The notes below the pieces were generated by a model. It was given only the letters and a program-made list of their open reading frames with translations. It was not told the DNA's origin and searched no databases. The position numbers and the translations under genes were made by a program. Of a stretch of 64,000 bases of DNA, positions 28,071 to 37,219 are shown one piece after another. Numbering within the stretch: the stretch's first letter is position 1; the number at the start of each line of letters is the position of its first letter. The DNA comes from an uncultured Pseudomonadales bacterium (GTDB taxonomy: Bacteria; Patescibacteriota; Microgenomatia; UBA1400; PJMF01): positions 153,570 through 217,569 of the forward strand of contig CAZVBO010000001.1 in the NCBI GenBank assembly GCA_964625685.1. Reading direction: 5' to 3'.

Positions 28071-29216
28071 GTGAAGATGAAACAGAATTTATCACTTTTA
28101 TTTGTCAATCAGTCTTTAAGCATGGGTGGAGCAGAAGTGTTTGATCGAGATCTGTTGATATTGTTAAAACAACAGGGATTCCAAATTCAAGTCATCACCA
28201 ATAGCATCCCTTTTGCTCAGGTTTTAGAGAAAGAAAAAATTAAGGTAGTTCATCAACCCATTGTGATTGACATGGTGGGTGATTGGAAAGGACTTCTTAA
28301 GGCGGTATTCCTGTGGCCATTTTTTGTATTCAGATATGGCATGTTTCTCTTTAAAAACCGGCATAGTATTGATGGAGTATTAATGAGTGGATTCCCGGAA
28401 AAAATTTTGGTAACACCACTTGCTAAGTGGTTGTCTCTACCGGTAATTTGGTTTGAGTTTGGGCCGATGGATGAACTTTTCAAAAAATTTAAAGGATTGC
28501 CAAAAATTCTTTATGACCAAGTTACTCCTTTAGTTGATCAGGTGATTGTGCCCAGTCAAAAAACAACAAAATCTTTACTGGCGACAACCAATTTTCATGT
28601 TTCGAAAATAGCATTTATACCCTGTGGTCGAATGATTCATCTGCAATCATATCGACGAGTTACCAAAGACAAAGTGCCAACATTGGTTTGTGTTTCTCGT
28701 TTAGAACCGGGGAAAGGCCAAGACCTTTTACTTCAAGCTTTTGCTAAAGTGCATCAGCATTATCCTCAAGTCCAGTTGAAAATTGTGGGTCAAGGCGATT
28801 TCTTACCACACTTACGACATCTTGCTCACTCACTCAAACTTGATCCAGTAGTTCATTTTCAGGACTGGGTAAAAGATCCTTTAGTTGAAATGCGAAAAGC
28901 TCAAATTGTAGTTTTTCCTTCGATGTGGGAGTTGGAAGGTTTTGGACTGGCAGTGATCGAAGCTATGGCTATGCAGCGCCCAGTGGTGGCTTTTAATCGG
29001 GCACCAACCAATGAAATTATTGTACACAATCGGACGGGATTATTAGCAACTCCAGGGGATGTTGAGGATTTAGCCTCTAAAATTATTCAACTTTTGGAAG
29101 ACACAGTTTTACAAAAAGAATTAGCGCAAGCAGCAGTGAGTACATTTGAGAAACAATATCAACTATCAAAGTTACTGCCTGACTATATAATGTTGTTTAA
29201 GAAATATTTTACCTAA
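28071..29216 (+). CDS. GT4 glycosyltransferase
   Basis: GGAE, SRLEPGKG, EGFGLAVIEAMA. Confidence 0.9.
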   Translation: MKMKQNLSLLFVNQSLSMGGAEVFDRDLLILLKQQGFQIQVITNSIPFAQVLEKEKIKVVHQPIVIDMVGDWKGLLKAVFLWPFFVFRYGMFLFKNRHSIDGVLMSGFPEKILVTPLAKWLSLPVIWFEFGPMDELFKKFKGLPKILYDQVTPLVDQVIVPSQKTTKSLLATTNFHVSKIAFIPCGRMIHLQSYRRVTKDKVPTLVCVSRLEPGKGQDLLLQAFAKVHQHYPQVQLKIVGQGDFLPHLRHLAHSLKLDPVVHFQDWVKDPLVEMRKAQIVVFPSMWELEGFGLAVIEAMAMQRPVVAFNRAPTNEIIVHNRTGLLATPGDVEDLASKIIQLLEDTVLQKELAQAAVSTFEKQYQLSKLLPDYIMLFKKYFT

Positions 29217-29219
29217 ATT

Positions 29220-30179
29220 ATGACAACTCGTCGTCATCAGCTCACAGTAATCATTACTGTCTTCAATGAAGAACAGACCATTACCAGATTGTTAGACAGT
29301 TTGAGTCACCAAATTTTACAGCCAGCTGAAGTTATTTTTACAGATGGAGGTTCAACTGACAGGACGGTTCAATTAATTAAAACCTGGTCAAAAAAGCAAT
29401 CATTTCCGGTTTCAGTCTACAGTCAAAAACTGAATAGAAGCCAAGGAAGAAATTTGGGAATTGCTAAAGCAAAGTTTAATTGGATTGCCATTACGGATGC
29501 GGGTTGTATCCCACATCGAAATTGGTTGCACCAACTTGTTAGACCTTTGTTAGAAAAAAAATCACTCAACAGCGAATATGAAATAATCGCGGGGTACTAT
29601 GATTCGGCCGCTCAGAATAATTTTGAAGAAGCGGTCGTCCCCTATGTATTGGTCATGCCCGAGCGAGTGAATCCAAATGATTTTTTGCCATCTACCCGAT
29701 CAGTTTTATTTCATAAAAAAGTGTGGGAATTAGGGGGCGGTTTCGATGAAAGTTTAGAACTATCAGAGGATCTTGAGTTTTTTCGTCGAATAAAAAAACA
29801 ATTGCCACAAGTAAAGTTTATTTTCTCAGAAAATGCCAAAGTGAGTTGGTTACCTCGCCAAAACTTAGTGGAATTTTGGCAGATGATTCATAGTTTAGCA
29901 GCTGGAGATATCAAAGCTCATATTTATCGACCTAAAGTGGGACTTATTTTTGGTCGCTATGGGTTGGCGATCATATTAATAGGGTTGGGACTGTGGTTTC
30001 AATTTTCTTTCAAATGGTTGTTAACTCTAGGCGTATTCGGATTAATTTTGTATAGTGCTTGGGCTACTAAAAAAAATATCAAATATGTGCCTCATGGTTG
30101 GTATTGGTTGCCTATCCTGCAAATAGTAGCTGACATGGCCGTCATGAGTGGAACAGTGGTGGGTTTTAGCAAAAGGTAA
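29220..30179 (+). CDS. GT2 glycosyltransferase
   Basis: TVFNEE, DGGSTD, TDAG, SEDLEF. Confidence 0.88.
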   Translation: MTTRRHQLTVIITVFNEEQTITRLLDSLSHQILQPAEVIFTDGGSTDRTVQLIKTWSKKQSFPVSVYSQKLNRSQGRNLGIAKAKFNWIAITDAGCIPHRNWLHQLVRPLLEKKSLNSEYEIIAGYYDSAAQNNFEEAVVPYVLVMPERVNPNDFLPSTRSVLFHKKVWELGGGFDESLELSEDLEFFRRIKKQLPQVKFIFSENAKVSWLPRQNLVEFWQMIHSLAAGDIKAHIYRPKVGLIFGRYGLAIILIGLGLWFQFSFKWLLTLGVFGLILYSAWATKKNIKYVPHGWYWLPILQIVADMAVMSGTVVGFSKR

Positions 30180-30196
30180 AAAGGTAAAATAGGTAA

Positions 30197-31288
30197 ATGA
30201 TGCCCCCAAAAGCTTCTTCATCATTGCTAGCTGGGATCCAACTGATGGGGTGGATTTTCATTCTGTTGATGTTTTTCGCGGAAAGTATTTTTTATCCTGG
30301 ATTTATTCAACTTCATATGGGGATAAATTTGGCTGTTTTGGGAGCACTCATAGTTATCGCTGAGTGGATTTTTTACTGGTGGTCTCAACCAGCATGGGCG
30401 TCTGTTGTCAGTAAATTCATTTTAAAATATGTTTTCCCAGGATTAAGTTTGATATCTGTATGGTTGGGATTGCTTGAACAAACTCATTTCCCAAATTATG
30501 TTTTTAGCACGTTTCATCTTCATCCCAGCATGTTTGCGTGGTTAGTTTTGATCGTGGGTGTGACGGGAATCAGTTTGTTGCCACTCAAAAATTGGCGTCT
30601 GCATGTAAAACAATGGCTGACTTGGTTACCAATGTACGTTGCTCTATTTTTATTACCATTGGCTGCCAATCATTTCTCTCTTTTCATGCAATTTGGCAAT
30701 GAGGATAGTTGGGTAGAGTATGGAACCTTTGGAGCATTTGTAGTGACTGCAATTCTTTCGGTCAAAATTATCCGTGAGTTGTGGCAACACCATGCTCGTG
30801 ATAGTATTTCGATTCTTCTGGCAGGTTGTATTTTAATGGGTGCAATTTTTAGTGCCGGAGAAGAAATTTCTTGGGGGCAACGACTCTTACATTTGTCTGT
30901 TCCTGCAGAATTTGAGGAAGAGAATGTTCAGCAAGAAATCAATATACATAATTTGAGGATCTTTATGGCTGATGATGGTTTTTACTATTTACAACCGATT
31001 ACAGCTATTTACTTATTAATCAGTTTTTATGCCTTAGTATTTTGGATGATTTCGCCTAAACTTCAAAAGTTATTCCCTCAATTTTCTCAGGCAATTCAGT
31101 TGATTACACCTCCACAATGGGTTATAGGTTATTTTTTGCCTATTTTTATCTATTCGCTGTTGCGAATTTTTACGGGGCCGCTGACGTATAAAGTCTGGGA
31201 AGAATTGGCTGAACTGTATTTTGCCATCGGGGTTGTGATTTTTGTTGGTAACTTTACCTTTTTCTCTTTCCAGAGTAAAATACAATGA
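30197..31288 (+). CDS. Multi-pass membrane protein
   Basis: Many TMs; EDSWVE, GEEISWGQR, QQEINIHN motifs. Confidence 0.65.
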   Translation: MMPPKASSSLLAGIQLMGWIFILLMFFAESIFYPGFIQLHMGINLAVLGALIVIAEWIFYWWSQPAWASVVSKFILKYVFPGLSLISVWLGLLEQTHFPNYVFSTFHLHPSMFAWLVLIVGVTGISLLPLKNWRLHVKQWLTWLPMYVALFLLPLAANHFSLFMQFGNEDSWVEYGTFGAFVVTAILSVKIIRELWQHHARDSISILLAGCILMGAIFSAGEEISWGQRLLHLSVPAEFEEENVQQEINIHNLRIFMADDGFYYLQPITAIYLLISFYALVFWMISPKLQKLFPQFSQAIQLITPPQWVIGYFLPIFIYSLLRIFTGPLTYKVWEELAELYFAIGVVIFVGNFTFFSFQSKIQ

Positions 31289-31295
31289 TTATTGA

Positions 31296-31480
31296 GCCTT
31301 CATAGTTTAACGGATAGAACAAAGGTTTGCCTGCCCGCAATGCCGTGAAGCGTCTATAGTTTAAGGGATAGAACAATGGTTTGCGGAACCATTAATCCAG
31401 GTTCGAGTCCTGGTAGACGCACAGACTAAGGCAGGCGGGCGGAACCTTCGATCCAGGTTCGATTCCTGGTGAGGGCACCA
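31296..31480 (+). tRNA. Outer tRNA-Arg(GCG) split by a 110-nt insertion in the anticodon (halves 31296-31330 and 31441-31480)
   Basis: Joined halves give GCCTTCA...AAGGT-TTGCGGA-ACCTT...TGAGGGCACCA, a full cloverleaf with encoded CCA. Confidence 0.8.
31350..31421 (+). tRNA. Inner intact tRNA-Arg(GCG)
   Basis: GCGTCTA/TAGACGC acceptor; ATGGT-TTGCGGA-ACCAT; CCAGG-TTCGAGT-CCTGG. Confidence 0.92.
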
Positions 31481-31488
31481 TAGTTAAT

Positions 31489-31566
31489 TTCCAAAATCCA
31501 AATTTCAGAATTTATTAATGAACCATCTGGATTGGAAAATTGAATTTTGGTTTTTGGATTTTGAAA
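31489..31566. repeat. Two inverted 7-bp tandem arrays
   Basis: ttccaaa atccaaa tttcaga ... ttggaaa attgaat tttggtt tttggat tttgaaa. Confidence 0.55.
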
Positions 31567-31570
31567 TGGA

Positions 31571-31657
31571 GGCGGAGTGCCGGAGTGGTCTAACGGGCTG
31601 GTCTCGAAAACCACGCGATCCGCAAGGGTCACTAGGGTTCGAATCCCTACTCCGCCG
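31571..31657 (+). tRNA. tRNA-Ser(CGA)
   Basis: GGCGGAG/CTCCGCC acceptor, G discriminator, loop CTCGAAA, long variable arm. Confidence 0.9.
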
Positions 31658-31685
31658 CGTAGAAACTGAAACAGCTTTCTCAACT

Positions 31686-31740
31686 GGTTCGAATCTCTCC
31701 GAGTCTAACGACTCGTAGAGTCGGAGACCCTACTCCGCCG
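31686..31740 (+). repeat. Duplicated 3' end of tRNA-Ser(CGA) interrupted by a 33-bp hairpin
   Basis: GGTTCGAAT[CTCTCCGAGTCTAACGACTCGTAGAGTCGGAGA]CCCTACTCCGCCG. Confidence 0.8.
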
Positions 31741-32257
31741 CCTGGTAGATTCCGATGGTTTTTTGGACAAAGTGATATTGATTCAATGTTTCTTGATCAA
31801 GTTGAATATTACCTCCTTCAGTAAAAACTAGCCATCCTCCAGGTAAGATAATTTCAGAAATAGCTTTAAATAGGTCTTTATAGGCTGCAGGATTATTCAA
31901 TACATAATCCAGTCTTAGAAGTGTTATCAAATTAAATTTATGTCCTCTTTCTGTGGCTTGTCTTATAAAATGAACCATATCCATCGAAACTTGTTTTACT
32001 TTGTCAGATGCTACCTTGGGATTAAGATCGACAGCGGTAATATTTTCCTGCGGAATCTGTAAAAGACGAGCTAATTCTAGTTCAGCGATTCCTGTTCCAC
32101 AAGCTAATGCCAAATATGACGTTGCGGCATTAGCTTCAAAATTTAAGTCCCTCAAGGCTTCAGCAAAAAACCCTACCATTTCAAAAGAGACTGCTTGTTG
32201 GTTATTTTCTGGTAGATCAGGTCTAAAAAACAGTGAACTCAGTTCGTCTGGAGTCAT
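31730..32257 (-). CDS. Class I SAM-dependent methyltransferase-like protein
   Basis: YLALACGTG motif I, TAVDL, ILPGGWLVF. Confidence 0.6.
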   Translation of the reverse strand: MTPDELSSLFFRPDLPENNQQAVSFEMVGFFAEALRDLNFEANAATSYLALACGTGIAELELARLLQIPQENITAVDLNPKVASDKVKQVSMDMVHFIRQATERGHKFNLITLLRLDYVLNNPAAYKDLFKAISEIILPGGWLVFTEGGNIQLDQETLNQYHFVQKTIGIYQAAE

Positions 32258-32383
32258 ATCGTAGGGAGTATATTAACTATCAATTATAGAAAATTATATA
32301 TTAAAACAAATGGCAGTAGATATTACGTTTAGTTTATTCTAAAGTAAAGCATAGCGTATGATTATTTATAATAAAGGTATGGT

Positions 32384-32755
32384 ATGAATAAGAATGAACG
32401 TGGAAAAATCCCTTATAAAGCTGACCTTAATCCACTGGAAAGAGTTCTTTCAATAATTATGTCATTCTGGTCAGCAGAAAGGCGTCAAAGAATGGCTGTG
32501 AATATGGCCCGTAGCTCAGTGAGTTCTCGTTTAAAGGCATTTGGATTGAGAGACTTATTCGAAATAGAGAGTCGTCCACTTACAAATGGTGATTTACAAG
32601 TAGAAATTTCTCCCCTTAGAGAGTTAACTGCTGAAGAGAAGGTACTTCTTCAGGAATTTGCTCGAAAATCTGATATTGACCAATATTCGTGGAAAAAAAT
32701 TAAGACAGGAAATCAATTTCATTACAGACTCTCTAGAGATAGAAGATTATCGTAA
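32384..32755 (+). CDS. Hypothetical protein
   Basis: 123-aa ORF with SD-like AAGG. Confidence 0.45.
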   Translation: MNKNERGKIPYKADLNPLERVLSIIMSFWSAERRQRMAVNMARSSVSSRLKAFGLRDLFEIESRPLTNGDLQVEISPLRELTAEEKVLLQEFARKSDIDQYSWKKIKTGNQFHYRLSRDRRLS

Positions 32756-32762
32756 ATACCTG

Positions 32763-33398
32763 ATGAATTTGCAGCCTTCCCAACTCCTTTCATTTTACAA
32801 ACAGGCAGAAAAACTCAAACTGACTTTACGACACAGTTGGTTAAGTGACGGTGTACGACAAGAAAGTGTGGCCGAACACACCTGGATGATGGCACTGATG
32901 GCATTGGTTTTACTCCCTAAAATGAATGTCAAACTTGATCTGCTGAAAGTATTGAAAATGATTATTCTGCATGATTTGGCTGAAGCGAAAACGGCTGACA
33001 TGCCAGTCTGGGAAGGGGTAGTGAATAAACAGCAGAAAGCTAAAGCTGAAAAAGAAGCGATTGATCAACTACTGGGAACATTGGATGAACAGACCAAACA
33101 AGAATTGTTAGAAATCTGGGAAGAGTATGAAGAGAGAACCTCTCTTGAATCTAAGTTGGTGAAAGTGATTGATACTTTAGATGTCATTGTGCAGCATAAC
33201 GTGGCTCCCATTGAAACTTGGGATGATAATGACTATTTATGGCAGTTATCTCCCCTACAAGATAGCTTCTTTGATTTTGATATCTTCTTTCGCATGACTA
33301 AAAATGAGATTGATGCTTGGTCAATTAAGAAAGTGAAGGCCGCTGGTGGATTAGCAAAACTTGATCAAGCAGAAATAGCTAAACGTTCTTCCAAGTAA
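32763..33398 (+). CDS. HD-domain phosphohydrolase (HDDC2/YfbR-like)
   Basis: ESVAEHTW, LHDLAEA, WEEYEE..SLESK.VK..D. Confidence 0.88.
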   Translation: MNLQPSQLLSFYKQAEKLKLTLRHSWLSDGVRQESVAEHTWMMALMALVLLPKMNVKLDLLKVLKMIILHDLAEAKTADMPVWEGVVNKQQKAKAEKEAIDQLLGTLDEQTKQELLEIWEEYEERTSLESKLVKVIDTLDVIVQHNVAPIETWDDNDYLWQLSPLQDSFFDFDIFFRMTKNEIDAWSIKKVKAAGGLAKLDQAEIAKRSSK

Positions 33399-33440
33399 AT
33401 TATTTTTTACAACCCACTTTAGTTTTGTTTAAGATAAATT

Positions 33441-33817
33441 ATGAAAATATGTAACTTTTGTGGTAGATGTTTTCTTTCCTGGCTGATTCCTTTTATAGTT
33501 TCTCTCTTTTTTTATAACAGATCGGGTGAGTTGGTAATTGATGTGTTTTTGTTTAAGTCGATTATGATTGTAACCGGAGCACTCATTTCACTCGTTTTAA
33601 TACCATTACTTTTTCAAAAGATTGAAAATCATTATCTGAGAGAAAGTGTAATTATTGGGTTTATCTGGTTAGCAATTTAGATATAGTAATTTTATTACCC
33701 ATGTCAGGTTTATCTTTTTCAGCATACTTTGCTCAAATTGGATTGCGCTACTTAGTGGTTCCTCTTACTTGTTTGACCGTTGGGTTGACTTTACATCACC
33801 ACCATCATTCTCAGTAA
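33441..33817 (+). pseudogene. Small membrane protein, frameshifted near 33676
   Basis: After ...IGFIWLAI* another frame continues LDIVILLPMSGLSFSAYFAQIGLRYL. Confidence 0.6.
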
Positions 33818-33885
33818 CACTATTTTTGGTAAGCGAAAAAAAGCGGTTGTTGATATAATTTGATCATTCTTATCGAGGTATATGT

Positions 33886-34578
33886 ATGCGAATTCGACCG
33901 CACAAAATCTCCTGTATTATTCCTGTTTTTAATGAAGCTAAAACATTAACTTTGGTGGCAGAGACTGTTCTCCAGAGTAAGTGGTTAGATGAAGTTATTT
34001 TCATTAATGATGGTTCTACTGATAAATCAGATCAAATTCTTGATCGATTTCGGTCGCATCCCAAATGTACTATATTTTCAACTTCCCAAAATAAAGGAAA
34101 AGGTTGGGCGGTTTCACTCGGTATTTCTGAAGCTAAGTATGATTTAGTGTTACTGTGTGATGCTGATCTGCAGAACTTGCAAGGAACCCATTTAAAACAA
34201 CTGATTGAAACTTTAAAAAAACATCATTGTGCGATGGTTATCGCCAGTCGGAATCCCCTGGATAGCCGAGTAGCACGAGCTTTTGCTTGGGTCTCCGGGG
34301 AAAGAATTTTTTATCGGAAGAATTTGCGTCCCGAATACTTGTTATTGATGAAAGAAGCTGGCAATGGCATGGAGCAGATTATTAACTTTGTCCATCGACG
34401 GAAAAAGGTAGAATTTGTAGTATCAGACGGGGTGGATCACGTCTTGAAGTATCAAAAAGGCTCATGGCAAGATTGGTCCAGTGGCTATGCTAAGGAATCA
34501 TGGCAGTTTTTGAAAACAGAAGCCAAATTACGCCAGATTCAGCTCAAATTAAAAGTGAATGATTGGTTATTTGGCTAA
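33886..34578 (+). CDS. GT2 glycosyltransferase
   Basis: IPVFNEA, NDGSTD, NKGKG, CDAD. Confidence 0.88.
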   Translation: MRIRPHKISCIIPVFNEAKTLTLVAETVLQSKWLDEVIFINDGSTDKSDQILDRFRSHPKCTIFSTSQNKGKGWAVSLGISEAKYDLVLLCDADLQNLQGTHLKQLIETLKKHHCAMVIASRNPLDSRVARAFAWVSGERIFYRKNLRPEYLLLMKEAGNGMEQIINFVHRRKKVEFVVSDGVDHVLKYQKGSWQDWSSGYAKESWQFLKTEAKLRQIQLKLKVNDWLFG

Positions 34579-35325
34579 TTATTTTCCTTCAAGAGGAATG
34601 TGTGTTTCCAGCCACTCGGCTGCTTTATCAAAATAGGTGGGTTGGGGTTTTTGATTGATTAAAACTTCAGAGAGGAGTTCCGTCAGAGCCTCTTCTTCAA
34701 TTCCGTTCAACAATAAGGTGATACGATTCGGGAAGCGACCAATTTCGATATACATGACCCGTTGATCTAATTTAGTTTCAAACCAAAACCGGCCCATTTC
34801 CTCCCAGTAGTAAAGTTGCTCATCGATATGAATTCCCCAAGTGGTAATCTTATTGTGAACTTCTTGAGGTGGAATCGAGTTCATTACATAGGACAAAAAG
34901 CCAATCGAAATGACTACGGCAATCGGTAAAAATTGTCCGGCAAAGAACAAAATCAGGGAGATTAAAACCACAATGGCAATAATAGTGCGATAGTATTGCT
35001 GATCACGTTTTTTAAAGGGACGACTGGGAGCATCCCACTCCACAATCAGTTCTTCCGGAACAGGCGTAAATTGGCCGGGAAAGGTTTCTGATTCCCGGAA
35101 GGCCGTGTTAGGGTTATTGTAATCTTGAGTCGTTGGCTGAGGTTCAGTTGAGGGCATTTCCTCGTCAGCGGGGGAAGGTTGATAAGGTTGAGGATTAGTT
35201 GGTGGTTCAGGCAGGGAAGTAGTAACAGGGGGTTCTGGAGTAGGCTCAGTTCGTTGCAAACGACGCTGTCGAAGCTGTTCTAAATAGGCTAGAGAAGAGA
35301 GTGGTCCGGAAGCGGAATCTGCCAT
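34579..35325 (-). CDS. Membrane protein with Pro-rich N-terminus
   Basis: Pro-rich linker, two TMs, WEEMGRFWF. Confidence 0.6.
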   Translation of the reverse strand: MADSASGPLSSLAYLEQLRQRRLQRTEPTPEPPVTTSLPEPPTNPQPYQPSPADEEMPSTEPQPTTQDYNNPNTAFRESETFPGQFTPVPEELIVEWDAPSRPFKKRDQQYYRTIIAIVVLISLILFFAGQFLPIAVVISIGFLSYVMNSIPPQEVHNKITTWGIHIDEQLYYWEEMGRFWFETKLDQRVMYIEIGRFPNRITLLLNGIEEEALTELLSEVLINQKPQPTYFDKAAEWLETHIPLEGK

Positions 35326-35438
35326 AATTTAAGTTTACCCTAATCCAGGCAGTTTTTTCTAGTATTGAAAGCTATCTGAGATTGACTGTTTAAGAGGAGT
35401 TAGGTATATTTTGATGTTATTTGATAACTTAACATAAT

Positions 35439-36023
35439 ATGGATGCATCAGAAAAAGTAACCACTCAACCAGAAACTGTTCGGAAGTTTCCTAAGTCAGC
35501 TATTACTCCAGGGGAATTGTTTGAAAACTTGAATAAAGATGTTCCACCTATAGCATCTTTACTGAAGGCATCTGTTTCTTTTTTCTTGATTCAACAATTT
35601 TCGATACGACAAAAAGACCATCACCTAAGAGAATTTTTTAAATTTTTTACTCTCGATTTCTTAAATTCCACTGAATCACAATTAGGGAATATGCTCCTGT
35701 ATATTTTTTTGGTTAGTGTGGGTACACTTTATGCGTCATTTCCTATGATTCTCTTGAAGGAGTTAAGTGATAGTACACAGTTACTTGATTTAACGGTAAA
35801 CTCCGGAGGTGAAATGTCGTCTTATCTATGGAGTTTAGTTGTAGTGGCGATGGGAATGTTTTTAATTGGAGAAAGAGTTAAACCCAATTACGAATTGATT
35901 GACAGTTATACCAAAAAAATTTTAGAAAATGACCAGGCTACAATAAAAAAAGATGGATTTTTAAAAATATCTAACACAGATGGAAAATGCGGCAAGATTA
36001 GCTTTAGCGAATTACTTGAGTGA
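35439..36023 (+). CDS. Hypothetical membrane protein
   Basis: 194-aa ORF with 2-3 TMs. Confidence 0.45.
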   Translation: MDASEKVTTQPETVRKFPKSAITPGELFENLNKDVPPIASLLKASVSFFLIQQFSIRQKDHHLREFFKFFTLDFLNSTESQLGNMLLYIFLVSVGTLYASFPMILLKELSDSTQLLDLTVNSGGEMSSYLWSLVVVAMGMFLIGERVKPNYELIDSYTKKILENDQATIKKDGFLKISNTDGKCGKISFSELLE

Positions 36024-36234
36024 GGCTGATGTCTATGTGTCAAGAACCTATCCATCAGTTAGTCATAACTTCCTTTATGAACTTACTCACTTTGTAGTTT
36101 TTACTTTGCTTAATAATAAATGGTAAGAAAAGTTACCATCCAAAACATAACTGTATACCAGCTATTTGGGGATCTTAACCAACCAACATGAGAACAAACT
36201 GAGAATTTTACCTTTGGTGAGATATGATATTGAT

Positions 36235-36570
36235 ATGAATGAAAATCGATTAAAAGTTCTATTTGTTTGTTCTCATAATCAGTGGCGAAGTCCTACAGCT
36301 GAAAAATTCTATGCTAGGGATGATAGGCTGGAAGTACGATCAGCCGGAACTAGCAGTTGTGCTCGGCATACTATTTCTATTCGTGATGTTAAATGGGCTG
36401 ACCTGATTTTGTGTATGGAATCAAAACATGTAGAACTGTTGAAACAACGATTTTCTGCTTTACCAGAGATAGAATCACTCGATATTTCCAATGAGTATCA
36501 TTATGGTGACTTAGAATTGATTGAAGAAATCTATGTAAAAACAGAATTGATTTTAGAAGGCCTAGTTTAA
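36235..36570 (+). CDS. Low-molecular-weight protein-tyrosine-phosphatase-like protein
   Basis: P-loop LFVCSHNQWRSPTAE, SAGT, WADLILCME. Confidence 0.85.
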   Translation: MNENRLKVLFVCSHNQWRSPTAEKFYARDDRLEVRSAGTSSCARHTISIRDVKWADLILCMESKHVELLKQRFSALPEIESLDISNEYHYGDLELIEEIYVKTELILEGLV

Positions 36571-37023
36571 GACTAGAATACTTAAATTAAGAATGCCGGC
36601 GAAACTGACCCACAAGATATACGGTAACAGCAGATAAGCCGCCCATTTGTCTTGGCGGAGACTTCGGCGAATCAAGACCACGATTGAAATCCACAAAGCG
36701 ATGATGCCGACTAAGCCCAAGAGTGGTGATTGTAAACCAAAGAAGAGAACTGACCACAGAATATTAAGTCCCAGTTGGATAAAAAAGAGTTTGATAATTG
36801 GCTGTTTCTTTTTGCCTTTTTTGATCCAAAACAGATACAAAAAAATTCCCATTAAGGCGTAGAGCGTAGTCCAAACTGGGGCAAACACCCAACTGGGAGG
36901 GGTAATAGTAGGTTTATTCAAAGTGTTATACCAAGTAGGAATATTGGGGGACGTGAAAAGTGAACCTGAGATTCCAGCAATTTGAGTTAAAGCGATGGCG
37001 CCAAAGAATTTTTTAAGATGCAT
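36562..37023 (-). CDS. tspO: TspO/MBR family tryptophan-rich protein
   Basis: WYNTLNKP..PP.WVFAPVWTTLY, LNILWS, LLPYILWVSFA. Confidence 0.92.
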   Translation of the reverse strand: MHLKKFFGAIALTQIAGISGSLFTSPNIPTWYNTLNKPTITPPSWVFAPVWTTLYALMGIFLYLFWIKKGKKKQPIIKLFFIQLGLNILWSVLFFGLQSPLLGLVGIIALWISIVVLIRRSLRQDKWAAYLLLPYILWVSFAGILNLSILVLN

Positions 37024-37125
37024 GAGACTCCTTTTTTGTATACTTCATTGTATCCATAAAGAGAGTGGCGATACAAGCCTTTTTTCTATTTTCTTTTCAG
37101 ATCCAGGCTTGATATTATAGTGATT

Positions 37126-37196
37126 GAGATCCCGAAATAAATTCGGGATGACAGTTTCTTAGTTTCAATTGTCATGCTGAACTTGTTTCAGCATCT
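37126..37196. repeat. dRS3/RPE-like palindromic repeat pair
   Basis: gagatcccgaaataaattcgggatgac ... gtcatgctgaacttgtttcagcatct. Confidence 0.7.
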
Positions 37197-37219
37197 TGAT
37201 ATTAATGATTGTGAAATTT

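Noticed and set aside
31331-31440. Group I intron in the tRNA-Arg anticodon
   Set aside because: Only 110 nt, 72 of which are a tRNA; no room for a catalytic core, although one junction register has U before and G at the end.
31426-31718. ORFs 31426-31683(-) and 31518-31718(+)
   Set aside because: They overlap tRNA genes and heptamer arrays; spurious.
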